A stretch of 64,000 nucleotides of DNA from Epiperipatus broadwayi. Lineage: Eukaryota > Animalia > Onychophora. The notes under the pieces were generated by a model that was given only the letters and a program-made list of their open reading frames with translations, did not search any database and was not told the DNA's origin. Shown here in pieces: positions 11,886-26,127 of this stretch (position 1 is its first letter; each line of letters starts with the position of its first letter). The stretch is taken from NCBI GenBank assembly GCA_028023455.1, contig JAQFVV010000002.1, positions 16,678,001 through 16,742,000 on the forward strand. Reading direction: 5' to 3'. The position numbers were made by a program, and so were the translations under genes.

Positions 11886-14800
11886 AATTGCTTTAAAAGT
11901 ATACATGTAAAACCCAGATTATATAAACTAAAAAAAATCAAATCCTTATTGATTTTAAATTCTATTTAAAAGAATCCCAATTATAGTACTTCAAGACCTT
12001 CTTTTAGTGCTGTACCAGTCAAAACATGTTTATCCATCTAACATGAGCTGGAACTGACAAAATGTACTTCAAACCCAGTCTAGCCCAAGATTTAGGTCAG
12101 GGAGCAATATGGATTCAAACTGACTCTCTAAGCCCCAGATCAAACACCTAAGGGATAACTTAACAATGATGGCACACGAGACTTAATTTTAAGTTCCGCC
12201 CACTAGCAGAGCGGAGAAGACAATGAGACATCTATTAACTATGACTAAACTAAAATATATATATGCATGGCTGTACGTTTGGAAGTGGAGAAAAAAGAAT
12301 TCGAACTACTCAAACAAGTTAGACAATAAAAATTAGTTTAATATAATGACAAATCATTTACATACATTTATAAATTAATTGCAAACAGTAGTATGTGTGT
12401 GAATGAGAAAGCGGTAGATGATTACATAGTGTCATTTATGCTATTATTTTTTATATGCTCTTTATTAGCTAAATAATATATTATAAATAAGCACACATCT
12501 TTGGTGGGTCCAATATTAAGATGCCAATCGATTATTAAAAAGAATTTACATAGAATTGCTGTTAACGCTTTTATATACAGTTCTGAAATATGGTGACTAA
12601 CATTATTTTGGGGAGTGTTCTGAGATTCCGTTACAAATATAATACAAACTATTTTCACACCATTACAGTCATGAAAATAAATAAAATACATTTGAAAACA
12701 TTGATTATATGACAAAATACTTAATGAAACTTCTTTTAATTAGCACTGGTAAGAAGAACGCTTTATTTTCCCCAAGGCATATAGATACTCTTAAATACAG
12801 AAATAAGTTACGATGGTGGGATTGTATAAGACAAATAAATTTAATTAATAAAACTAGAAGTAGTTGGCATATATATATAATTTTAAGCAGAGCGCAATTT
12901 TAATATTAGAGCATTAAAACTGGGTCATGAAGCAAAAGAAATAATAATACGAAGAAGTTTGCAGTGCTGACATAATAACCAAGAAATAACAGGAAAAGTC
13001 AATCTTCTGGATGAAAGATGCAGTATAAGACCCCCTTCTTGGGAAGTGCTCAGAGAAAAGTGGATAGGCATGTTGTGGACATCACCGATGTGCAGGCCTT
13101 TTATACAAAGACAGTGGATAGGCATAGCATGTGCCAGACTTAGGGAACCACCGCCAGAGGCCTTTTTATATGAAATAAATGGTTCTGGGAAGATCAACTA
13201 TCCTCAGGACAAGGCTTGAAAAAAAATCTATGGGTTCAAACTTGTCGCAACCCCCAGATTAGAAAATTAGAAGCACGTAATATATATATATATACGAAGA
13301 TAAGGCTGAATGTCAGTAATGCAGTAATGATAAATGTCACTAATGACATTGAATAAGTGTTACTGTGTTAAAAATAAATGATCCTAGTTTGAATACCATA
13401 ATTTAGACAAATAATACGCTATTCAATTATATATATATATATAGAGAGAGATTTCCCCAAAACGTTAAATTTGATTTTGTAAAAGAAACATTAACATTTA
13501 CCCCCTTCCCTTTTCTACTATTTAAAATAATTCAATCCCATCTTTGTGGATTTTACAACAATTGAGAATATTTAAGCTTATGATATTTTAAGAGTATGGA
13601 AAAATAAAAGAAAGCTAGCAGTTATTGAAAACAACTAATAGGTAACCTTTTCAGAAATGAATAAATAATAATTTTAAAATTTCAGTGTTAATTAGCCTTA
13701 AGTTCTGGATTCACCCTGGGTAGAATCCAGATTTAAACAAATAACAAATTTTTACACTAAAACATAAACAAAATGTTGACATAAAAACAATCTGGTGAGT
13801 GTATTAATTAACAACGCATTATATTTTAAGGGGACGTTAATAACCTTGATTCATGAAGGTTTACTTAAAAAGAAAGAAAAGATTTTAGAAATTCAACTCA
13901 TCAGATTGTTTGAGATTGGCATATTAATAATAAAAGTATACATATAAAATCAAGTAATAAATAACTATAAATAAATGACCGCACCAAAATTAAAGAATGT
14001 TAGAACATAAGAGAGAAAATGAGATTTATAAAAATTATTTAAGAGCAAATTACATTTTACATAAAGTTAAATCATTTATGAAAGAAATCTTGATGAGATT
14101 AGTTAGGCTAGATTGACTTTTAGGTGGTGTCTTGAAAATTTACCTTGCAATTTTAAGAATCCAATTTAAAGTACGACATGTGCACGGCAATTGAAATGCG
14201 AGTTCTTCGGTGGCAGCAAGCTTCCATTAGCATTCTAAAGTTCTTAGGTCAGGTTTTTACTTCATTCTTGGGCAGCAGAATGGTACAACAGTGGAAGATG
14301 ATGACCCAACAGGGCCGAAAAGGGTGGTGGACTTACAACTATGTCATTTATAGTTTCACAATGACATGTAGCATGTTATCAATACAGTTTTTTCAATAGT
14401 AGCTAATCTATTGGTGATTTAAAATTCAGCCATTTTACACTCCTCCCAGGTATTTGAAGAATGCTTTCAATTACTTAGTTTTAGCTTAAAATCTAATCTT
14501 TAATCTAACAGAAATTTTACATTTCTTTGTCCATTATTTTTGAAAGATGCAACTGTTAGATAACATTCCAAGAATATATTCAAATCTATTTCCAGATTAG
14601 AAATAGATTTGACAGAAATGTTTATAACAAAAGGAAATCTTTAATTTTAATCCCCATTTTATTTTAAGTAAAAACTTTAATTAAAAATACCTTCCCCAGA
14701 TTAAAACAACAGTGTTTCCAAACCCTTTAATTATTTTTGGACAATTAACGGTTGCATCTTCCATCTTGGATTTTATAAAATATAGAGAGAGTTTAATAGG

Positions 14801-16133
14801 AAAAGCAAGCAATTTAAAAAGAAAAAGTTTAAAAAATGATGTATAATAAATTATTTAAAAAATCAATATTTTGTTAGTATTTTGCTCCTATATATATATT
14901 TGGGCCACACCTATGTACTTTAATAAAAAGAATTAATAATTAATAACAAAGAATTAATAATAATTTGTTTAAAAAATGTTATTGAAACGTTAAAATTTTA
15001 TAACTTAGGCGCGCATCTCAAATATATACATAAAATATATATACATGACAAAAGGAGCGAGATGGGATATAGGGTTTGAATACAGGTTAGTAGATGGAAC
15101 TATGAAGCTCAATCTTAAGCTAAGATTGACTGTTTCAGTACCAAAATAATTTTAAAAATTAGCCTTTATGTTATAAACATCATTATTATAATATTTACTT
15201 TTCTTTAGACTATTGTGATAAAATCAGTGTTAATTTTATGATTTAACCTACCTGTATTGTTGTTATTTGTCACACATAGAATCAGAAAATTCATTGTATT
15301 AAATAGATTGCATATTAGAGCACACATTGTCACTGATGACGCATACAAGGTTTACTGAAGTTCTAAGGGAATATTTTACTGCTTTTGTTCTTGGGTAATT
15401 AGTGATTTACAGGACATAATAATATCTCATTTATCTCATCATCACTTTAGCTTTGCTTTGTTTGTTACAGAATATAATCCAGAATTTGTTGCTTTTATCG
15501 ATGTTTGTGATATTGGGACCAAAATTAATAAATAGATTCGCTAGCCAACATTATAATTGAACCTATTTCATAATCTTATAATTTACACTTTACCTGTAAC
15601 AGTAAGAATCTCATTGCTATTGATTTGATTTGGAATTTAATTAATGATGATGGAACCTAGAGTTCAAGTTGCTTACCTTTTATTGCAAAGCAAATACCCT
15701 ACATAACATTGCTGTATTAAAATCCTGAGTATAATTGAGCTGCGACCAATATGTTATGATGCTGAGTATAATTATTACTGTCTTGTTAAATGGGCTCTAT
15801 TCACCATGTGATAGTTGATATTAATGTAATGGATTACATATTTAATACTGGAAAGTAATCTTTAGTAGTTTTATAGATCATACCATCTTGTTCATGGACA
15901 GCCGTAAAGCCTCATGTAAATAAAATCTCAGTTTAAAGTTTTGAAATGTAGTTTTAAGATACATTCATTAGTGAGAATAGGTATTAAGTGAATAGTCACA
16001 TAATTTATTTTGGGGTAATTTAATATACCTTCATGTAATGTTGCGATGGGTCTCTGCGGTATACCCTGGCCACGATCAGATTATATCGTAACAGACTTCT
16101 GTTATATCATTAATTTTGCCTGTTACAGTCTGG

Positions 16134-16240
16134 GTGGACCTTTCAGTCACAATATATATATATATATTTAAAAAGGTAAATAGGTTGTGGACCTTTCAGT
16201 CACAATATATATATATATATTTAAAAAGGTAAATAGGTTG
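16134..16240. repeat. Tandem duplication, 2 x ~53 bp containing (TA)n
   Basis: gtggacctttcagtcacaatatata...aaaaaggtaaataggtt is repeated at 16134 and 16187. Confidence 0.9.
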
Positions 16241-16967
16241 CAAGTGAAAGTATAATAGATATTATAGGAATTAAGGTTTTCTATATGAATAATTGGCAGG
16301 ACAGTCTGTCTATCTTGATCACAATTACTAATTGTGCTTATGTATATGTACATACATGTGCACAATTAATAACTGCTTGTAATTAATATTATATTCATAT
16401 TCAAAAAGTACATTACTAAAGACTTGTATGGTGTTGTACATCTTTATGAGTAAAAGGAATTTATGAAAAGGAAAATCATATGTATTTTACATATAGTGAA
16501 GAATGTTTGTCATAAAAAATAGTCATTAAAAATAATGCATGAAAACAAAAAATAAATATATAATAATGTAGTAATAATGCTAAACAATTGTGAGGTGTAC
16601 ATAAAACCAAACTCGTAAATTAATCGTATATGCGAGACATGCTATCAATGATATCTAGAAGGACTTACAAAATGTGGATTACTAATTATTATCATCTATT
16701 GCTAGTCTTTAAAAAAGAATGTGCCTGTCATCTGTGATATTTTTTTCAAAATATCAAAAAATATACATCTATTTTCAGATCATATCTTATATGTTTTGCT
16801 TTTTGAAATTCATTTTCTGACGTCTCTTTACATAGAGAGAATTTATCAAAATATGTGTGTTACATAAACATCTAATAATTACTTAATTTTTAAAAAAAAA
16901 AATACAAACCCATATAAATTTACTAGATGTCTGTTTAAAATGAGATTACATATGATTTTATATGCAG

Positions 16968-17078
16968 ATGATTCTACTGAAAAGGATAAAAAAGACTTGC
17001 TTTGTGAGTTAAATGTTATGAAAATGTTGGATCCTCATCCCAATGTTATCAAGTTATTGGGATGCTGCACTTTAATAG
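16968..17078 (+). CDS. Cad96Ca: RTK kinase exon 2 (alphaC helix, subdomain IV)
   Basis: tgcag/GTAAG sites. (D)DSTEKDKKDLLCELNVMKMLDPHPNVIKLLGCCTLI. Phase 1-1, in frame with neighbouring exons. Confidence 0.92.
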
Positions 17079-17182
17079 GTAAGACTTTTTTAAAAATATA
17101 TTTGAAAAATATTACTTTGTCATAAAGTTGCACTAATACCATCTTATCAAAGTAATAGATAATATATGATCATTTGTTTTAG

Positions 17183-17367
17183 ATCCTATTTATGTTATTA
17201 TGGAATATGTAAATGGTGGCAAACTGCAGACATACCTTAGAGTTCGACGCAATAGCAAGTATTCTTATGCTTTACAGGATGACAGCAGTTTGCCTTTAAC
17301 ATCTCATGATCTCACCTGCTTCACCTATCAAGTTGCAAAAGGAATGAAATATTTATCTTCTAAAGGA
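17183..17367 (+). CDS. Cad96Ca: RTK kinase exon 3 (subdomain V, short kinase insert, VIa)
   Basis: ttttag/GTAAG sites. (D)PIYVIMEYVNGGKLQTYLRVRR...LTSHDLTCFTYQVAKGMKYLSSKG. Phase 1-0. Confidence 0.93.
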
Positions 17368-17539
17368 GTAAGTTACTTTATTGAAAACCTTTTTATTTTA
17401 AGACTTTATTGTTTATGCTGATGATGATGATTTGCTATCAAAGAATTTAATTGCATTCAAATTTAGGTTATTGCATATCTTCCTTTATTTATAAAAGATA
17501 TGTAGAATGCATTGCTGCTTCATTACATTACATTTGTAA

Positions 17540-17835
17540 TTGCTTCATTATAAATTGTGTCCTTTTCCGACTCTCTTGAACTTGCCCAAGTTGTACCGAT
17601 TTGTAAAAATGGTTCAAAGAGTAATATGAAACTGTATGCACATTTGAAAGATGTATTTACAAAAACTAATTAATGATGTAATAATGCATGACTTTTTATC
17701 TAATAGATTAACCAAAATTTACCTTCTTATAATTCTTGATCGTATTGCTAATGCTTTAGAAATTCAATGCTATATAAATAATGTTTACTCTGATCTGTCT
17801 AAAGAATTTGATAAAATAAACCATACTATATTCTA
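17540..17835 (+). mobile_element. LINE (CR1/Jockey-like) RT relic
   Basis: FPDSLELAQVVPICKNG and VYSDLSKEFDKINHTI resemble the FPxxWKxAxVxPIxK and DFSKAFD motifs. Confidence 0.6.
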
Positions 17836-18497
17836 ATTTCTGTTTTTTTTTTTACTCATACTAAAATTAAATGTAACTCTTTTGTAATTTTTGCTCTTAT
17901 CATATCTATCGACAATTTTTTTAAAAAATCTTTACTAAAACTGCAATTAGTCTAATAGTAAATTTTCACCCCACACTAACACAAATCACATAACAAATGC
18001 TACTTTAACATGTTACTCCTGCTTTGGTCCCATATTGTTTTTATAACATTTTTTTTTAAAATTTTAATAATATCTCCTCATTTTACTTAATGAATTTCCT
18101 ATTCTTCTATTACAATATCTGGCAATTGTATATCATATAGTCTACTGAACAGTTCTATACACACTTTTTGTATAAGCATCTTCAGATATATTCCCCATCT
18201 AATTCTTTTTCAGATTTTAATAACTGCCTCAATAATTTTTTCCCAATTTGTCTAGCTAAAAATTATTTTAACAGTTCTGTTCTCATTCATAAATTGAAAA
18301 TTTATAAAAATACTAAATTTGTTTTTGATATTTTTTGTGTGAAATATTGAATATTCCATTTCACGACATGCAGCTTCATCTGAAATCAGAATATTTTTAA
18401 GTATTTGATTTTATTGCCATCTAGTAGAAATTTAGTTATAATATTGTTTTTTTTTTCATTCATTTAATAATTCTTTTGATAAAAACTTTATGTATAG

Positions 18498-18632
<135 letters not shown>

Positions 18633-18924
18633 TAAAATAAAAATGCTTTATATTAATGTTAAGTTCTTATGTATTTGTGATACACTTGCACATACATACA
18701 TATGTATACTTTCTTTTCAATGGGTAGCAAAACTTCAGGCTATTCTATATTTTAAAGGGGAGTGTGGCTAAAACAGTATAGCTATGGGGTGTTTCAAATA
18801 TTATATATATTGTAACGGAAACACATGCCGTTACATTCTAATAATTAAAATAAAAAATAAAAGTTTGCAGATAAAAACTTCTTTTTTAAGAATTAAAAAG
18901 CCAAGAGGTCATCGCACCCACTTG

Positions 18925-18975
18925 CAAGCAAGTAGTTGGTTGCAGACGGGTGTGGGTTCGCATCCCAGCTGATGC
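18925..18975 (+). repeat. Possible tRNA-derived SINE fragment
   Basis: B-box-like GGTTCGCATCC at 18955-18965 followed by an A-rich tract. No convincing A box or cloverleaf. Confidence 0.3.
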
Positions 18976-21789
18976 TATGACATATAAAAAAAAAAATTGA
19001 AATTTAAAAATCATCTAAACTCATATATATAAAATCACACAGATGAAAAAAAATTATTAAACAAAAACTATTAAAAAAGAAAAGATATTTTAAAACTAAA
19101 TTTTAAGAAAAAAACTTGAAAGATTTAAAGATAAAAAGAATGTACAATAATTTAATTAATACTATTGTGTAAAATGGAAATGATTATTTTTAATTAGTTA
19201 AAGTAAACTAGCCCTTGGGCATCTCAAAATGTATAATTAAAGATCAGATAGGAGAGAAAAAACAATAGGAACAGAATAGCCAATAAAAGAAATCCCTCAG
19301 GAAATGGACCTCAATGAAAAGATCATCATCATCATGACATAATGTCCACTGATCCTAAAGTTTAATATAAAAGGAAAAGTTTGGAAATAAATTAGGAGAA
19401 AGAGATGTGAAAGAAGAGGTGTGCTATATGTGTTAGTGTGGAGAGTGTTGAAGGAGAAGGGATTGAAAAGATGCATTCTTCAATCCCTTCAGTTTTTTCT
19501 AAAAAAAAAAAAAAAGAGAGAAGAGAAAAAGAAATGACCAATCGTTTTTCTATATTGTGGACCACAGGACAACAGGGCCTGAAAATAAAATACTAGCTAA
19601 AGTAAGGGACCACCAGATGAATCGATAAACAGCCAACAGCATACCAGTCTCCCCAGGACATTGGGGGAATTAACACTGGATCCCAAACTGTAAGTAATTG
19701 TTAAGGATGAACTTTTTAAAACCGTAAGAACTATATATATAACTAATGAACATTAATTCTAAAACTTTTCAGTATTTCAAAACAGTAAGAACTTTAATTC
19801 CCAAACTTTTTCAGTATTTAATAGATATAGAATTTCCTATCTGACCAACATAAATTATTATTAATAATTAATTTTATTGAATGTATTTTTTTTAATCATT
19901 TCCATTAAGTTAATTTTTCCATTTTTTTTTTTTTTAAGTTTTTATTACGATTTTTTTTTTTCAGTTAAACTACTTTTAATAAATGTTAAATTTAAATTGG
20001 GTGTGAATGGCTGCATAGATTTGTAAAGTTATATTAGTTTAATTAAGGGAGGGATAATCTTGGGTTGTTTTGTAGTTAAATTGGTCAATGGATTGGATGT
20101 ATTGGTGTAATTAGTAAATGTAGCATGAAGATCCGCTACGTGCAGGATCATATTATACACCGCACTTGGGCAAAATAAGTCCCATTTCTCACTGACCATC
20201 GGAAGCAGACAGTATCCCCTGCTCCTTGGATCACTCCTTTAGCCTATGGAATGGGATAGTAAGACGGCAAAAAGGACCGCAATCCCTTCCTATGGAGTTT
20301 CTTTTTTTTTGTTGTTCTTCTTGCCAGACAGATGTAACATTGGCCGAGGGACAATTTCTTCTCTATAACCATGATGTTCAGATATGCATTCATGACAATA
20401 TGGTATTATGCTGTTGTATTCATGCTGCAATGAATACATCGATATATCAGATAGATTGGCATTAGTTTGAATGCGAACTTTTGACCTAAGGTTAAATAGG
20501 GATAGAATATTTTCTTTTTTAAGTGCAATCTATGTAGTCTCTCCATTATTGACACATTAATAAAATATTAATTCATCTGTGTGAACTTCTAAAATAAAAA
20601 GTAAAAAATGTAAATTAAATTCTAAAAGTAAGTTATACTAAAATAAATAATTCTAAATTTTATATATGTGCAAAATAAGTGTTTCTGTGTATTGTTAATC
20701 TGGCAGTGGCTTATTTTATTTTTTATTATCTTTATTTTTTTTAATAAAATATATATTATCTCTACTGCTCCATGAGCTAGTGACTAGGGCTGATGGTCAT
20801 AATAAAATATATATGTAAATTTTAGATCTTAACAATACGCATCTGCCTACTATATAAATTTTCCAGGTTCCAATAGCCTGGTGGTGCCCTGTATGGCAGA
20901 TACGTAAGACTCAAATCCTCCTCGACCGTTATAATTGAAACTTCCTCGACCATTATAATTGGCCACCCAATGTGGACCGATACACTTTAACCATGAGTAC
21001 CCTGAGTAAATTTTTTTTAATGAAATATTTTTATCTAATTAGCACTACCAGAAAAAAATAGCACATATATTAAACAAGAGAAGGAAAATATTTTAATAAT
21101 TTTAAGTTGTAATTTTTTAAAAAAGAAAAAGTCAAAAGGTTGCAATTAGTATAAGTTTTTTAGGAAAAAAAAAATGCTTTAATGTGTATAGGCACGCACA
21201 GCCACGTAAGTTTATGATTGTAAATGTGACACCTTATGATGAGTGTCCTTTGGGAATCTACATCAGGGTAATCCCCATTTAAGCATTTCAATTAGTCATA
21301 AATAAGTTGGGGGTATATATAATTGTGCTGCAAATATAAATGTATAAACTCATTATTTCTTAAAACGTATTTATTTCAATAGGCAACATTCTAAATAAAT
21401 AATTTGCTTGATGGCCTAGCGTTAGAATGAAATGTAGAGAAAAGAAAACTCTTGGGGGGAAGAGGCAAAAATATTGATGAAATATTTTACACAATCAAAT
21501 AAAAAGCATTATTATGTGTTTTGTGTATATATAAATGTAATTAGTTTAATTTCTACTTAGCCAAAAAATTATTTAAAATTGCGCTTGTTTTCTGTAAAAT
21601 GATTGACAGCTGCCTCTCATAGTTTATATTCTACTTGTCTGTGAATTGTAATTGGTAATGTTTACAAATGTTAATAAATCTATCACTTTCTTTATTTTAC
21701 TGTAATATTTATATAAATACTATTTATACACTTTACTTAAAACATGTTATAGCAATTTATTATATATATATATATACACACACATACGC

Positions 21790-22150
21790 AATCTGACATT
21801 TTGACTGTCTCGTGGTCTTCCTCAGAGCTATGATATAATGATGAATATATAAATAATATATTAAACTAATGTACTCAATAAAATTAAAAAGTAAAGGAAA
21901 TATGCTTACATGTGTAATATATATATTTCAATTTAATGATGTATATTTTATTTGATATTATCTGGATTATTATATTTTATTTGGTTTTTATTCCATATTA
22001 TTATATTTATTATAGTTTTATTATATTTCCTGTTTCTTATATTTCTTTATTTTTTTATTTTATTATATTATTTGTATATTTATTTTGTTTTATTTATCAT
22101 TATATCATAGCTCTGATGAAGACTGCAGGGCAGTTGAAATATAAAATTGT
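21790..22150. ncRNA. Divergent pair of HHR-like motifs (family F4) on 27-bp inverted arms (21815-21841 / 22097-22123)
   Basis: + copy: agct CTGATGA A GACTGC AGG GCAGTT GAAA tata (22109-22143). - copy: agct CTGAGGA A GAC cacgagaca GTC AAAA tg TC agat. Confidence 0.6.
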
Positions 22151-23703
22151 GTGTATATATGTAATAATTTTTTTTTTGCTATAAAATGTTCTAAGTAAAT
22201 TCTACATATTGTATTTAGTTGACAATGTTGAGAAAAGATGTAATCAAAGTTTTTTTTAAAAAAAATTAAAAGCTTTAATAATATGCACTTTATTTGTTTA
22301 CTTTTTCAAATATCAATACTTAGCTAATATTTAACAAATATTAATTTCATATCTAGTAATAATTTGTACAATATTCTTTTTGTTTTATATGTATCCCAAA
22401 GCCTTCTTTATGTTGATATATAAGTTATTTTACTTCTATAATCTATAAATATTATATATTATAGGTTTATAAAAAAACTGTTTTGGCTTTGGGGATTGTT
22501 AATAAATAATATTGATATTTTTTTGGTAGCACCAAAGGTTAAAGATTATTTCTATTTACATGAATATTACCTCTTCATTTCTATTCCTCACTATTAAATA
22601 ATGTTTATTTCCACATTTTTAAAACTCATTATAGCATTTCTTACCATATATGTTCAATGTCCAGTTGCATGATAATACAATAAGGATATTTCTAAATTCT
22701 TTGTCACTTCAGAAATGATCAGCCATTACAGTATACATTTGGTGAATGTACTATGAAATTGTATATCATTTTTTAAGAACCTTTCATGACTTTTAAGGGG
22801 TTAGACATTTAAAGTTTTCACAGTAATGAATGAAGCATTTTCCAATTTTTAAAATATCTTGATTATTTTTGTCAATCCAGTTTAAATTAAAGATATTTTT
22901 TTATTATTCAGTAACATTCAGTTAATATTACTTGTGGAGTAATTTAAAGCTTCATCACAATTATGTTGTCCTGGGTTATGACATAAATGGCTTTTAAGAT
23001 AATTTGTGTAGTGTTATATTTCTCTATCTGTAAGCATTAAATATTTTGTTTTAGATATATGTTAAATATATTGATGCATATTTCTTTATTTATTGCAGAT
23101 TATTAATGCCTATTTGCACACATCATTCATTCTTTGCTTGTTACTTTACATTTTTATTGTAATTCTGTTTTTGCACTTTCAAATCTTATTTTTTTTGGAT
23201 TGCAAACAGATGATGTCTAAAAATTTGATTCAGTCATATTTTAATCAACAAAAGCACTCCAGTAAATTTGCATTGAAAAATATAATATTTTTTTTTTTTT
23301 ACATGTAACATATCCAAAAATAATGGGTGGGGGGTGGGGGTATTAAAAGAAGCAGAGTAACAAGACAATATGCATGCAAAGGGGATTGATCATCTCTATT
23401 TCTTTTGTATAATCTCTTTATCTCATTCTTTTGGCAAAATATGAAATGAAATAATTTTTTACAATATGTTCATATCATTTAAAGACATTGTCAGTAATAT
23501 ATATATAATCATTATTAAATTTCATGAAAATAGGTATTTAGTATAACTTAAATTAGACTTTTCTGTTATATGAATTAACTATATGAAAATATCTAAAAAG
23601 TTTTTCTTAATATACTATTTTCACAAATTATCATTTTTGTTTAGTTTTGTGTTATTTTAAAATTTTACTGTCCTTTTTGTTGTTGTTGTTTTGTTTTAAA
23701 TAG

Positions 23704-23817
<114 letters not shown>

Positions 23818-24145
23818 TAGTAACTAAATCATATTAATACATAATATACTGACATTTTTTCAGATACAACACATAAGAATTGTAAAAATGTTACTTAATT
23901 AATGTTTAATCTGTTATAATATCTCTCTTTAATATATATAATAATATTTTTATATTTAAGAACTTCTGTATAAATTTATGGAAATTTACAGTCTATATAC
24001 AGCAATAACTTTATCCTTCTTATTGCATTGCCAAATCCATATACTTTTAATATCATTTATGTTCTTTATTACTTTTGCAATAATGGGTTGTAAAATGCAT
24101 TGTAAAAGTAATAAAGAACATAAATGATATTAATATTAATAAAAA

Positions 24146-24787
24146 TAAATTTAACGGTAATAAACTATTATAAACAGTCCTTAAATCTGTAGAAGTACTT
24201 TCCTTAATTTCTGAAACCTGCCTCAACTGCCATTAAATTAAAAAAAAAACAAAGCAAAGCAAACATTATCAATTCAAATCCCACGAATCCTGTATTTTAA
24301 TGTTAGCAGTTTGTCTATTTATTAAATGCATTTTATTCCTATTTATAAAAATTGCCTCCTTAATTTTTCTTTTCGTATAGTTTCTCTCTTTATGAAGAAT
24401 TTTCACACTTTCAAAATCAAATTTATATTTATGTGTTTTTTCATGATCAAAGCAGCTTCTGTTTTCTTTTTTTTCTTTGATCAAGAAAAAAAACATGTAA
24501 ATATAAATTTAAATTTGATTTTGAAAGTGTGAAAATTCTTCATGAAGAGAAAAACCATAATAAAATAAAAATTAAGGAGGCAATTTTTATAAATAGGAAT
24601 AAAATGCATTTAATAAATAGACAACCTGCTTACATTAAAATACAGGATGCATGGATTTGAATTGATGACGTTTGCTTCTGCTTTGTTTTTTTAATTTAAT
24701 GGCACTTGAGGCAGGTTTAAGAAATTAACCGAAAGTATTTCTGCAGATTTAAAGACTGTTTATAATAGTTTATTACTGTTAAATTTA
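24146..24787. mobile_element. PLE 3'-end foldback (arms ~24146-24440 / ~24487-24787) with HHR relic (F5) in each arm
   Basis: HEKTHKYKFDFESVKILHKERNYTKRKIKEAIFINRNK is typical of the PLE GIY-YIG C-terminus. It is on - in the left arm and on + in the right arm. Confidence 0.85.
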
Positions 24788-24899
24788 TTAGGATTACAAT
24801 TTTGTTTTAATTAACGGACATATATATAGCAATTCTTGGTGAAAAAGTAACTTTCTTCTAGCAGGACCTATCATTTTCTCAATTGAATCTAACATCATC

Positions 24900-25440
24900 T
24901 GATGCTTAGGAGATTACATCAGATTTATCAATCTTAGTTTTTTAAATACGTTTGCAATGCTCAGTTTAATATTAGAGTTTGAATGTGAATTTTAATAATA
25001 ATTTAATTTGCCTCTTTTGTATAGGCTTAATGTTACATGATAAAGCAGAGTTTATAATCCAACTCAGTTTTAAAGAATTGTGCCTTTCAAATAAATTTTT
25101 TATAAATAAATATATTTGATGTGATATTAGATCTCTCAAACAAGTAATGATGTCACGTTTTATTGACAAATATATTTTCTGTAAGAGATTAGTTGATTTT
25201 TCATTAAGCATTAAATTTTTATAAATTTTTATATAGGGTATGACCACATTAATAATAATAGTTCACATATTTATTTGTTGTGTTTGGTCTGGAATACTGA
25301 CCCAACCTACAGAAAATAACACTAGCACCAGTATTATAATTAATATAATATTTATTATATTTACAAATATATACAGTACAGAATAATACAGTTCTAATGT
25401 GAACTCTTGGATCTGAGTCTTCACAAGCTATATCCAATAG
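24900..25440 (-). mobile_element. Possible PLE N-terminal coding relic
   Basis: K/I/L-rich reading frames (ORF track 24972-25247, 25249-25437) adjacent to the PLE foldback. No diagnostic motif. Confidence 0.3.
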
Positions 25441-26127
25441 CTTGCCTCACGGGTAGGGATAATGACACTTCCAGCTGTACTGGGCAGCTTGCCTTGAGTC
25501 GGCAATAGTCTTAATAGGGTCTGGCTCTGTGTGGACAAATAGCATATTGCTATCATAAGAATGCGTACTGCTGTTTAGGTTAGCAGGGCTTCTCCTGGAG
25601 AATGCATACCATCTTTGTAGGATAGACAGACATTTTCTGCTTTTCCTCCAAAAGGCTGACCATTTATAACCAGATCCCTAACCTTATTGGAGCATTTGGA
25701 TTCAGCGATCATCATTGCTTATTGGCCTGAACTAATCATTGGTTTTGTGTTTATTGGTACATTAGCCTATTGGCCAGCAGAAAACAATACTCAATTTGAT
25801 CAGATAAGAATGATTTGTATATATACTTTTACCTGATTTAGTGAGGACAATTGATTTTCCAAAACTCATTGTAAAGCAAGAAGATCATATAAAAAATAAG
25901 GGATTATAATGGTTTTCTATAGGAAAAATTTAGGTAGTTTCTGATGATAAAATTATAACATAAATTGTGAATATTGTTTTAACAAAGAATTTAACTAATA
26001 TTTATAGTAACTAATATTTATAGTAAATTCCTATTGTTTAATATATATTTGTGTAAATTGTATATATTATTCAAGTATACACTTAAAATATGTACGTATT
26101 TAAGATAATGCAACTTAAATCTACATA

